This document shows, one piece after another, positions 12,600 through 23,012 of a DNA stretch of 64,000 nucleotides. The position numbers were made by a program, and so were the translations under genes. The DNA is from Selaginella moellendorffii (lineage: Eukaryota > Plantae > Lycopodiophyta). Location: the NCBI RefSeq assembly GCF_000143415.4, contig NW_003314270.1, forward strand, positions 1,853,048 to 1,917,047. Reading direction: 5' to 3'. The number at the start of each line of letters is the position of its first letter. The first letter of the stretch is position 1. The notes under the pieces are model-generated. The model had not been told where the DNA came from. It made no database searches and saw nothing but the letters and a program-made list of their open reading frames with translations.

Positions 12600-13325
12600 C
12601 AAATGTTAAGCCCTAAGATGGGTGATTCTTTCATCTCTTGTCTTTTTGAATTGTTGCTCTCCTCTCTTAGGAAATCAGTCCAGGGGTTTTCGCATTGTCT
12701 AGAGGAGCACGAGTTCAGCAGTGAAAGACAAGATATTCACCAAACTGAACGGAATGATTGACTGGGTGCATGGGAATGTAGATATCGGAATGACACCAAT
12801 ATGAACGAGGACAAGGTAGAAAACACATAGAATACAAATGGGAGGTTTGTGGAACTGGCCGGGTTGGCCCAAAACCAAGGAAATGTTTTTTTCTCATCTA
12901 CAAGGAATATCTCTTCCACTTGTGGGCATCAAACCATGTAGACAAGGTGAAAGGCGAGGAGCACGAGTTTACATTAAGGAGTTTCGAGTGTCTCTGAATA
13001 ACATCCTGGGTTGATCAGCTTGTGCATGCCGCATGTCAACTTGGGATTACCATGCTTATACGAATGTTGTGAGGGACGTACTTGCTGCTTTGAATCTTGT
13101 CCATTGGTGGACAATGTCCGATAAAAAATTGCTACTTGCCCATGGCAAAATGATACTTGCACGACAATCTTGGAGAAGAATCTTGAATCTCTGATTTGCA
13201 TCTGTTGACCGCTCTTGCTCTCGGAATTGTCTTGTCAATGTGCTCTTGGAGATGGGGAAGCAGAAAACGGGGGACCGAAATGGACTCGACTCCATAATAG
13301 TATCTAAGTACCAATATTATTGAAA

Positions 13326-13398
13326 GCCGGTCTAGCTCAGCTGGTAGAGCGCAAGGCTCTTAACCTTGTGGTCGTGGGTTCGAGCCCTACGGCCGGCG
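13326..13398 (+). tRNA. tRNA-Lys (anticodon CTT)
   Basis: GCCGGTC acceptor stem, D-arm GCTCAGCTGGTAGAGC, anticodon arm CAAGG-CT-CTT-AA-CCTTG, T-loop GGTTCGAGCC; 73 nt. Confidence 0.96.
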
Positions 13399-13499
13399 AA
13401 GGGGCTCCTGCAAGTGATAAAAATCATTTAGCCATCTCTTAAAAAAATGGGGATGCATTTTGCGAGTGATGAAAATCGTTTAGCGCTGAGAACCTGCTT

Positions 13500-13990
13500 C
13501 AGGTGAGGCGGATATTCTGCGACGCGGCATACCGGGTGATCTTCGAGGCCTACGTGCATTTGGAGGACGCCAGGCCGATGTTCTCGTCTCTCCCTCGGGC
13601 AAAGTCGTGGTGGTGGATCCAGATGATGGCGGCCTACGCCGGCTATGGCAAGGTGGCGGAGGCGAGCGAGATCTACAACTGGATGCCGCAGCATGCTATT
13701 GCCACCCTCGGATTCCATCGCTGCCAAGTCTTCTTGCCGAGTGCATCAAGGCCGTCAACTTGATGCCCGAGACGACACGGTGAGTAGAGGGTACGGAGGC
13801 CGTACAGCATTCGACAATTTGATCTGTCTGTTGAAGCATGCAACATGGTGTAGGCCCGGAACGGGCATCTGGTTGAGGCAAAGGAGCTGTTCGATGCGAT
13901 GCTGGTGAGGAGCACCCTCACCTGGACGTCAATCATGGACGCGTGCACCATGCGGTTCTTACCGCATTCTCGGCTCCAGTGCCTGGAGAA
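13500..13990 (+). pseudogene. Degenerate PLS-PPR fragment
   Basis: WIQMMAAYAGYGKVAEASEIY, NGHLVEAKELFDAML, TWTSIMDAC in broken frames. Confidence 0.65.
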
Positions 13991-14290
13991 TGGGGCTCAG
14001 CGTGGAGCACTACTGCGCTGCTCACACTGCTGACGAGGAACAAACCCTACGAGATAATGCGATACCGTTCGTGGCCAGGCCACCGGCACTCCTTGACGTT
14101 CCGTTGACGGAAGCGACGGGTGTAAGATCCGAGCGCCGCATGGACTAAAGCGGTCAAGATGTTGACCGTTTGACAGGTTAGGTCTTTGACCAAAGGATAT
14201 GCTGCACCGATTCTTTGCCCTATCCCACATGCCGGGGCATGGATGAGGACACAAGAGCAGTATATAATCCGGGGCCTGGGGAAGAGCTCC

Positions 14291-14451
14291 ATACTTACCT
14301 GGACGGGGTCTATTGGTGATCATGAAGGCCAATGGCCTAGGTTCGGCCTTCCCATCGCACTACGGCTTGGCCGGCCTACCATCTTCCCAAAGTGGAGGAG
14401 TGGACGTCGTAATTTGTGGAAGTTGAGGGCTCGCGTACGCGCGGCCCTCTC
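14291..14451 (+). ncRNA. U1: U1 snRNA, copy 3 (full length, SL2 loop variant ATCGCAC)
   Basis: Near-identical to copy 1; USE at 14222, TATA at 14261. Confidence 0.93.
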
Positions 14452-14539
14452 CAAATTCTAAGCCCTAAGATGGATGATTCTTTCATCTCTTGTCTTCTCG
14501 AATTATTGCTCTCCTTAGAAAAATCATCCATCACCTGTC

Positions 14540-14895
14540 AAGAACACTCCCCCCTGCGATGGCGGCTCGCTCCTCTCGAATCCTCTGCGGATCGTCGGCA
14601 TGCCACCGTTGAGCAGGCTGTGTCCAATCGGCTCGGGCTGCCTCGTTTGGCTGCTGCATCAACATCCCCGCCACAGGCGGTGCATGCGATCCAGAAGGTT
14701 TCGATCCAAATTCTCGCTGGGATACCATGGAAGAGAATTTCTTGTTACCTCGTTTCAGTGAAGCCTTGCTCTTGCTGGAGAGCGGTGCTAATCTCCACAG
14801 CCTGTGTGTGTGTGAAGAGAATTGTCCTCGCGCTTGGTTGTAGCTGCACAATCGATTGAGAAAAATGGCAATGCTTACATGCTCGCGATGTGTAT
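14540..14895 (-). pseudogene. Second MAT1 gene fragment
   Basis: Reverse complement gives QRIREERAAIAGG, AGMLMQQP, YNQARG and ATCGCGAGCATGTAAG, matching 62850-63520 with deletions. Confidence 0.82.
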
Positions 14896-15579
14896 GCTTC
14901 TTGGGTTTAATTGGATGCTTCTTGGGATTTTGGAAGCCGTCTCGTAGACAACCTCCCAGTGCTTCTTGGTTTTAAAGGGCTGCCCGCGAGAGCGCCCGAT
15001 TTCTTACAAGGGAACTGGGTCTCCTTTATATACTGATCAAACTGCAGATGTTTACTCTCCGGCATGTGGGATAGGTTGAAGTGGGTTAGAATATTCGTTT
15101 GTCCCTTCAATTATCCACCTTTTGTCTTCTCGTATACATCACATTGTATTGATTGAATAAGCCTTCCTTTACGCAACCTTTATTTCCTCCATTTTAATCT
15201 TTGCATTTGTGATGGTTTAGGAGGCCCGCTCAAGGGAGTTCTGCAAAGTAAGCAGCGTCAACCCAAGGCCAGCCTATAAACCCTCCAAAAATAGCTCACG
15301 CACGGAGGCGTGGCAACGGGCATTGACCCATTGCTTTGTTTTCCTTACTCATTAGTTTAAGGCAAGTTGTCCGTTTCTTCCTCGCCAGCTTATATACGCT
15401 GCTAAATGTCCGATTCCAATCCCCGGCAAGTGGGATATCTTTGCCCTCGCAGCATATGCTCGAATCTAGGCTATCGTGAGCTTGGAATATTTACCGGCAT
15501 ATACTTTAAAACTTTGCGATGTGGTGTGGCGCTTTTATGTACACACGAGGCCCAGCCATGGCTGAGAGCTTCTTTGCGA

Positions 15580-17991
15580 ATGGAACTGCGATGCCGAGGA
15601 ACACTACTGCCGGCACTGGCTCCCCCTTCCTCCAGGGGACTCCAAAGGTACGCTACAAAACTAAAACTCCACTACTCGAGCAAGCGTCGTCTTCCATGCC
15701 TGAAAACTTCGGAGGATTTTACAACGAGTTCTTCGACGCTGGCGTCCGCTGCAAATGCAAGGATAGAAAACGAGTTAGATCGAGAGGAACAAGAACAGAC
15801 GGCACTGCTCGAGGCTCTCAAGCAGTGGAAGACTCAAGTTGCTTGGACGAAGTTTGAGACAATGACGAAGAAGCTGGGTGTCTTACCGGATAGAGTGTGT
15901 GTGAGCAGGCTTGTAGCACAGCTCTGCCACCAAGGGACGGCGGCCAGTGTGTCCAAGGCACAGCAGATAATGGTGGAGCTCCGGCAGAAGAGGAAAGTGT
16001 CCGAGCTCGTCGACTGCGATGCAATGGGATTGTTAGTGATGGCGTCGGCGAGAGTTGGGACCGCTCACTACTCGCTGGGAGTACTAAGGACGATGCTGGA
16101 GCTGGGATATCACCCACCTGTAAAAGTTTGGAGCGCAGTGGTGTCGAAGCTCGGGAAAAACGTTGATGACGCTCAGCTCGCTCTCAAAGTTTTTGACGAG
16201 GTTTGCCAGTGCGTTGTGGAGCAAGGAATGATCCAGCTGCACAGAAAGATGGAAGTTGATGGGAAGTTTGTCGACGAGAAGCTTACCAAGAGTGATGAAG
16301 ACAAAGCTCTGATCGCTGTCGATGAGACAAAGCTAGCGAGACGTAGCGACGAAAATACGTTTGGTACTAGTTCTGGCTACTCTGAAAAGAAAGAAGCCAC
16401 TTCAACACTCCTCGTAGTGACTGCTGAAAGGGAAGAAATCGACGACTTAGAATCAGAGCAAAGTGAAAAACTCACAAACATACAACTCAAGGAGGAAAGG
16501 CAAGCACTTAAGAGGATGAAACCTGACACGGGAGCTTTCAACGCAGCACTCAACGCCTGCGCAAACATCGGCAACTTGGAGCGAGCAGAGCAACTCTGGG
16601 AACTCATGCCAGCATTCGGAGTAAAAGCAAACACGCTCACCTTCAACGTCATGATCAAGCTGTACGCTCGAGTCGAGAAGCTGGACAAGCTCGAACAAAT
16701 CCTCCACACAATGGCCGACGCAGACGTCGATCCGGACGCCACCACCTTCAACTCTTTGGTGGCTGCCTTCGTCGGCCTCGGCGAGCTCAGCCTAGCCGAG
16801 TCGATCGTCCAGAGTTTGCGAGGAGAAGGCGAGCACCAAAAGAGAGTCCCAGCGCTGCTGCCAAAGCTCCGAGAGCACAGCGCCAAGTTCCAGCCCGACG
16901 TGAGAACGTACACCACCCTGATGAAAGGCTACGTCCAGCATAACCGGGTGAGCGACGCCATGCAGCTTCTAGTGGCGATGCAGCAGGAGAAGACCTCGGC
17001 GGCGATGCCAAACGAGGTGACTTTCACCACTGCCATCCGAGCCTGCGCCAAGATGGGACTGCTAGACGAGGCCCGGGTGATCCTCCAGGAGATGGCGACG
17101 CAGAAAGTAGCCGCCAACGTCGTCACTTACAACACACTCCTCCAGGGAGTGTGCGTCTTCCCGATCACGGACATGAAGCGAGCGCTCGAGATCGTCGAGG
17201 ACATGAAGGAGGCCGGAGTGGAGCTCGACGTTGTCTCGTACAACACCCTGATCAATGGATATCTCGAGGCCGGAGACAACGAGCAAGCGCTGGCCGTCTT
17301 CACGAGGATGAGAGAGGCCAAAGTTCCGGCCTCCAAGGTGACGTATGGAACTCTGATGAAGGCCTTTGCTCGGAGCGGCCGGACGGAGCTCGTCGTCAAG
17401 GTTTTCACGCAGATGGCGCTGGACCCGAGAGTCCGAGTCGACGTCGTTGCTTGGAACACGCTGATCGATGCATACGCGAGAGCTGGCCTGGAGCAGGACG
17501 CGACGAGAGCGCTGGAAGACATGAAGAGCCGCGGCTTCTCTCCCACCAACGCGACTTACAACACGCTTGTCAAAACTTACGGGCGATCCCGGAACTTCGG
17601 ACAGCTGATCCTTCTCTGGAAAGAGATAAACGCTCGATCAGTGGAGGAAGACAGTGCTGCGGTGAGAGACAAACCTTTGGTGGTGGGAGCTCTCAAGCCG
17701 GACGCGGCGCTGCTCGACAGCCTCATCGACTCGTTCGTGCGAGGAGGATACTTTCAGCTCGCGCTCCAGGTGGTGGACTGCATGGATCGGCAGGGAATCC
17801 ACTCGGGGCGAGCCAAGGCCAAGTACAAGCGATTGTACGTGGAACTTTACGCGAACCTCTACACCAGCAGGCACACATCCGAGAGGAGGAAGTCCAAGAC
17901 GGCCGAGAGAAGACGCGCTGTGGAGGCGTTTAAGTTCTGGGTGGGACTTCCAAACAGTCTCTACAAATCGGAGTGGAGACCTTTCGAGTGA
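15580..17991 (+). CDS. HCF152: P-class plastid PPR protein, HCF152-like (intronless)
   Basis: Tandem P-type 35-aa repeats (PDTGAFNAALNACAN, PDVRTYTTLMKGY, NVVTYNTLLQG); C-terminus RRRAVEAFKFWVGLPNSLYKSEW matches my recollection of HCF152; transit-peptide-like N-terminus from Met 15580 (ORF open from 15406). Confidence 0.85.
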   Translation: MELRCRGTLLPALAPPSSRGLQRYATKLKLHYSSKRRLPCLKTSEDFTTSSSTLASAANARIENELDREEQEQTALLEALKQWKTQVAWTKFETMTKKLGVLPDRVCVSRLVAQLCHQGTAASVSKAQQIMVELRQKRKVSELVDCDAMGLLVMASARVGTAHYSLGVLRTMLELGYHPPVKVWSAVVSKLGKNVDDAQLALKVFDEVCQCVVEQGMIQLHRKMEVDGKFVDEKLTKSDEDKALIAVDETKLARRSDENTFGTSSGYSEKKEATSTLLVVTAEREEIDDLESEQSEKLTNIQLKEERQALKRMKPDTGAFNAALNACANIGNLERAEQLWELMPAFGVKANTLTFNVMIKLYARVEKLDKLEQILHTMADADVDPDATTFNSLVAAFVGLGELSLAESIVQSLRGEGEHQKRVPALLPKLREHSAKFQPDVRTYTTLMKGYVQHNRVSDAMQLLVAMQQEKTSAAMPNEVTFTTAIRACAKMGLLDEARVILQEMATQKVAANVVTYNTLLQGVCVFPITDMKRALEIVEDMKEAGVELDVVSYNTLINGYLEAGDNEQALAVFTRMREAKVPASKVTYGTLMKAFARSGRTELVVKVFTQMALDPRVRVDVVAWNTLIDAYARAGLEQDATRALEDMKSRGFSPTNATYNTLVKTYGRSRNFGQLILLWKEINARSVEEDSAAVRDKPLVVGALKPDAALLDSLIDSFVRGGYFQLALQVVDCMDRQGIHSGRAKAKYKRLYVELYANLYTSRHTSERRKSKTAERRRAVEAFKFWVGLPNSLYKSEWRPFE

Positions 17992-18252
17992 GAAAAAAAT
18001 CGTAACTTGACAAGCTTACTTGGAAATCTTTGACGAGGCAACGAAGAAAATTAGAAATCGCGCATGGAAAGCTTTGCAACTTGGAAAATCTCACCATCAG
18101 CTTGTTCTCGGACAGCGCTAGACGATCTAGCACCGATCCTTGAGTGCTACATTGTACCTGGTTGATCTTGGAGCGCCCGATCGATCGCCGCGCCCATTTC
18201 TCCACACAAAAAAACCCTCCACAATGTGAGGAGGTTTTAGGGCTCCACAAGA

Positions 18253-19857
18253 ATGAAAAAGATTATCGTGTGCTTGTGCGTCGGAGCCGGGGCCGCGTGC
18301 TTGCTCGCCCTGAGGAAGCTCGTCTCGATTAGCGCAGTGGACGCATCAGGTGTGATTCTTTCTTCGATTTCTCGCATTCTCTCATCATCGGCGCTGATCG
18401 ATCGACCGCTTTAGCCGAGATTATCTACGTCGTCGCGAAATCCAAGGAGCTTGTTCCTCCTGGAAAGCCCAAGCTCCCTGAGAAGGCTGCTCTCGTCGCG
18501 TTGATCCCTCCAGGAAAGCCAGCCGCTGGCTCCTTTCGCGTCGCGGATTTTGTGAGTCGATTGAGCGCCACTATCTATGGCAGGCTCTTATACTATGGAC
18601 CGCGCATGCCTTCTACACAGACATTCCTTTCTCAGTGAGTTTATTACTCGCGTTTTTCACTTGGTTCATCGAAAACTTACTGTCGTTCTCTTGTCCAGGA
18701 ACGCTCATTCACTCCCGATTGGAACCGTGTGTATTTCCGACGTCCAGTACCAAGGAAAAGGTAGCGAGGCTTTTGGTCTCTTCTTCTTCAATCTTTGGCT
18801 TTGTGTTTCTCCAATCCTTGGACAGGTCGAGCAGGAAATTCTTGGGTGTCTCCGGACGGATGTTTGATGTTTTCGTTTACGTTGCAAATGGAGAATGGAC
18901 GAACAGTGCCTTTTGTCCAGTACGTTGTCTGCCTGGCCGTTGTACAGGGAATTGAAGCGGCTGCTCGAGCTAAAGTAAGGCCAGTTCACATCTGTTTTCT
19001 AAAAAATCTAAAGTTTTACTGTACCTGATGTTTGTTCTTTAGAATGCGACGATTCCGGACGTAAGGATCAAATGGCCCAATGATCTGTATAGTGGCAACT
19101 TAAAAATTGGAGGAGTCTTGTGCTCGTCAACTTATAGCTCGAAAACTTTCTACATCGTTGCTGGTAATTTTCTTTTTCTGTTGTTTTTTTTTTTTTTTCT
19201 GGACTTCTACATGGCTAAACTCGCTGGTCAAAACTACAGGGGTTGGCCTCAACGTGGACAATGACGAGCCAACGACGTGTTTAAACTCCGTCTTAGCCCG
19301 ATTGGATTCGAAAGCGACTCCATTTGCGAGAGAAGAGCTGCTCGCTACGATTTTGGAGAGCTTTGAGAAACTGTTTACGACGTTCACAACGCAAGGCAAG
19401 TCTCTGTTTACATTTCTCGCTCTCTACTAGAATTCATGCTTTGCATTGTGAACAGGATTTAGTGCATTGGAACTCATGTACTACGAAAAGTGGATGCACA
19501 GGCAAGTTTTTTCTTTTAAGAAAATGTTCTAGCCGCTATCACCATTTCTTATAATTTGTGATTCTCAGTGGACAGAAGGTGATTTTAGAAGACGACAGAG
19601 TTTCGGTAGTGATCGAGGTAAGAACCCCGGCTTTTCTTTAGATACTATTCTTACGGATCATCAACAGGGTTTGACTCCGGCTGGTTTCCTCCTCGCCTCG
19701 GACGATGCTTTCAACAAGTACGAGCTTCATCCAGACGGCAACAGGTACCTCTTCCTCTACAAAAACCTCTTGCACAAATCATTCACTCATCTCCCTTCGC
19801 AGCTTGGATTTCTTCAAGGGACTCGTTCGAAGGAAGCTCCCTGGCTCAGCGCAATAA
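18253..19857 (+). CDS. HCS: Biotin-protein ligase / holocarboxylase synthetase
   Basis: Spliced DVQYQGKGRAGNSWVSPDGCLMFSF, IKWPNDLY..KIGGVLC, GVGLNVDN, YELHPDGNSLDFFKGL; stop TAA at 19855-19857. Confidence 0.93.
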
Positions 19858-20699
19858 AAAGTCATGACAATGTTTTTGGATTTAAAGGCGGATCGTCAGC
19901 ACGTCCAAGCCACGATTCTCCAAACTGTGTAGGAGGATCAAACTTTCGAGCAGGTCGGTTGGAAACTTTAGAACACACTCGGGGCTCCACCGGTTGGAGA
20001 TTCGTTTCCTGTGTAGCAGGAATTTGATACAACAAAAAAAAATGGTGGAGTTTTTGCGTCTTGGAGAATGTGTATATATAACAACATGGACAAATCTAGA
20101 CAGCCGTGGTAACGACAATGCGGAGATTGAGTGATTATTCGTTGGGCAAGACGATGGAGCCTAATGGCAGCACACGGGCGCTACTAAGAATCTCGCTGGG
20201 TTTGCGCTTATGCCAGAGGGCAACGCGCAACGAAACAAAGAGCAGGGAAGAGAGCAAGAGCGAGAGAGAGAGAGAGAGAGAGAGAGGGGAAGCGTGGTTG
20301 CATAGTAGTCCCGGCATTTTGACAAGTGCGAATCAAGACAATCCAAAAGATGTTAAATGCCCAAGCTCGAACTGTTCCTTTCGGTATCTCCACCAGGAGA
20401 CCCACTCGACTGAAAGAAACCCCAAAAAATAGAGAAGAAAAAACACGACTGTTCCTTTGATCGTGTTGGTGTTCTTCTCTCCCGCATTTTTTTTCTCTTC
20501 TTTTCCTTGAACGAGTCAAGTTTTCGTGCGAATTTTTGGGAAAGCGAACGAGATCCAACTGTTGATCGACTCGAGGGTCTTTCCCTGGGAGGTTTCATCG
20601 CTGGATACAGGTGATGGGATTGTTAGTTTGTCACGGTTTTGGGGGAATTGGAGCAGCGCTCTTGGGATAGCGGAGTAAAAAAGAGGGACTTTTGCAAGG

Positions 20700-22583
20700 A
20701 TGATGGTGAGAAACACGAGCGAGGAGATGATCATCCGGAGTTTGATAGACGGCGGCTCCACTGCTACTCACGGTGCTGCTGCTGCTATTGCGTTTGAAAA
20801 CATGGGCTTCATGCCTCACAGGGCCAGCAGCGAGGAGCTCTTCAATAGCTGGATTGCCAATTCAGAGGTTTGATCTTCCTGGTTTTCGCGAAACCATCTT
20901 TCTTAGCTTTGGATTTCTAGCAGGGTGGCTTGCCCCCGCACGCTCGTCCATCTCGCAAGTAAGAAAAGATGGAATTCACCTCTGATCTTCACGTTTTGTG
21001 TTTTGTTTTTGGTTCTTCCCTCGAAACTCATCAGGATGTCGACTGAACTGGCTGCTCTACTCGCCCAGCAACAAGGAATGGATCACGGCTTGTATCTTCA
21101 AAGCGAGCACAACGCAAAGTCAAGGTGAGATCAAAGTTTCGATTTTGATGCTATTTACTAATATTCCTCCTTCTTCTTCTTCCTGGTTTTTCGTTTGAAA
21201 GATCACAGCAGCAGCAAGAATATCCCTCGCTGCAGGTACTACTCGCTTGCTCTGATAATTCAATCATACTCAATCCATTTTCTATATGTAGGCACTAAGC
21301 TGGTTTCAAACTTCTCAACCCATGACTCGAAGCCGTTCCACAGAGCTCAGGTCATAAAAGAAAACTTCCCTCTCGTTTCTATACCAAAAGAAAAGCAAAA
21401 ATTCAGGAAAAAAAAAAAAAAAAACTAAACTTTGCGGAAACAAATCATTGTTTCTTTGCAGGCGCCGCTACCTTGAGATGCAAAGGCAAGATTTGTCGTC
21501 GGGAGCAAAGCCAACCGAGCAAAGTTTCCTTCCGTGGCCCGATAATCTCCCCCAGCATGATCACAACTCGTCAGTCTCCACAGTCTCCACGGTCGTAAAC
21601 ATGCTCAAGGGATCATTGGAGAAGAAGAGAGTATCAAAAGAGCTACAACACCACTGCCAGGCCGAGCAACACGAACTCCATCAGCAGCAAAACGCTGTCC
21701 AGGACGCAAGTTTCATGTTTCGGCTGGCGAACCCGAGCGAGTCCTCGGGTGGCAACGACAACAATTCGTGCCCCGCTACTCCAAGCCAGATCCATCTCTT
21801 CCACGATCAACAGGCGGGCCGAGCGATAAGTGAGTCGAAATATCTCCCGAGTTTGGGTGATGAGCTTGTTCTTGGCGCGAGTTTCTTCTCATTTTGTGGC
21901 AGTTTTTGCAGGCAATAACGACTTGCAGACTGAAGATCAACACAAGGTCTGGTTTTCTCTGGTGTTTCTTCTTTCTCTTTGTGACTTTAGTATCATGTTG
22001 CAGAAGCAGCAACCACAGCTCTCGCGAGCAGGATCGATCACATCTTCTGGAAGATCTGGTATTCATTTATATATTTCTTTGTCAAAGTCTTGCAGCTTTT
22101 GATTTTTGAGATTCATAAGCTTCAAATGTGACTTTTCAGGTATGGAAGCTTCGGACGTTTCGACCAAGAAGCGACGAGTAGAACGCAAGAGAATGTAAGG
22201 CATTCCATCACTAAGCTCCGCTTGGAATTATTCGATTCTAAAAAATTCTTCTTTTCTGGAATTCCAGGATGGTGGAAGCCAAAGGAAGATCGTCAGTCCC
22301 AGCGATGCCTTCCGACATGCAAGCAGCGATCAAGCGCTCGGATGCACTAGAAAAGGAAGTTCGATCTTTGAAGCTCAACCTTTCCTTCATGAACAGGTGA
22401 TTCACAAGGCTCTAGCGTAGATAAACTTCGCTCAAGCTTGAAAGTTTGTATCTATACAGGAAGGATTCCGAGCAGACAAAGCGAATCGAGGAGCTGGAGA
22501 AGCAAAACGAGGAGCTCTTGCGAGAAAAGAGCCGACTAACCGAGGAGTTGGATCAACTAATCTCTTCAAGATCAACATGGTAG
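20700..22583 (+). CDS. CYCLOPS: CYCLOPS/IPD3 symbiosis transcription factor
   Basis: Spliced RNTSEE, RASSEELFNSW, RMSTELA, WFQTSQPMTRSRSTELRRRY, VVNMLKGSLEKKR, KKRRVER, EKEVRSLKLNLSFMNRKDSEQTKRIEEL; largely missed by the ORF track. Confidence 0.93.
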
Positions 22584-23012
22584 AAAAACAAAGTCATAAC
22601 TCACAGTACAAAAGAAAGTAAATATTGCAGAGAGAGATGGAGAGGATAAAACAAATCTACGAAGAAACGAAGAAACCAAACACTAAGTCTTTCCTTACAG
22701 CGACTTTGAAACAAAGAGAAGAAAACTATTCCACGGCTTTGTGGGAATGACGTGCCGGAATATTCGCGGTGACTAGACGGTGGCGGAAGGCTCGGTCCCT
22801 TGTCTTTCCATTGCGCGTCCCGCGGGGTGTTTAGAGTCCTTTCTAAAGCGGTGATAGCGCGCTAGGGCTCGCGCCCGGGAGCTCCAGTCGCGGACAAAGC
22901 GCGAGCGTTTCGTGCTGATTGATCATCCCGTGCTTGCTCCATCGATCGATGCGTCGTTCTTTAGTTTAATGTTTATCGCGGCGGCTTTGGCGGATCTAAT
23001 CTTCTCGCGGCG

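Noticed and set aside
12340-14461. Repeated roughly 90-aa ORFs 'GYAAPILCPIPHAG...'
   Set aside because: They are translations of the U1 promoter and U1 snRNA, repeated because U1 is duplicated
17151-17933. 260-aa ORF
   Set aside because: Alternate frame inside the GC-rich HCF152-like coding region
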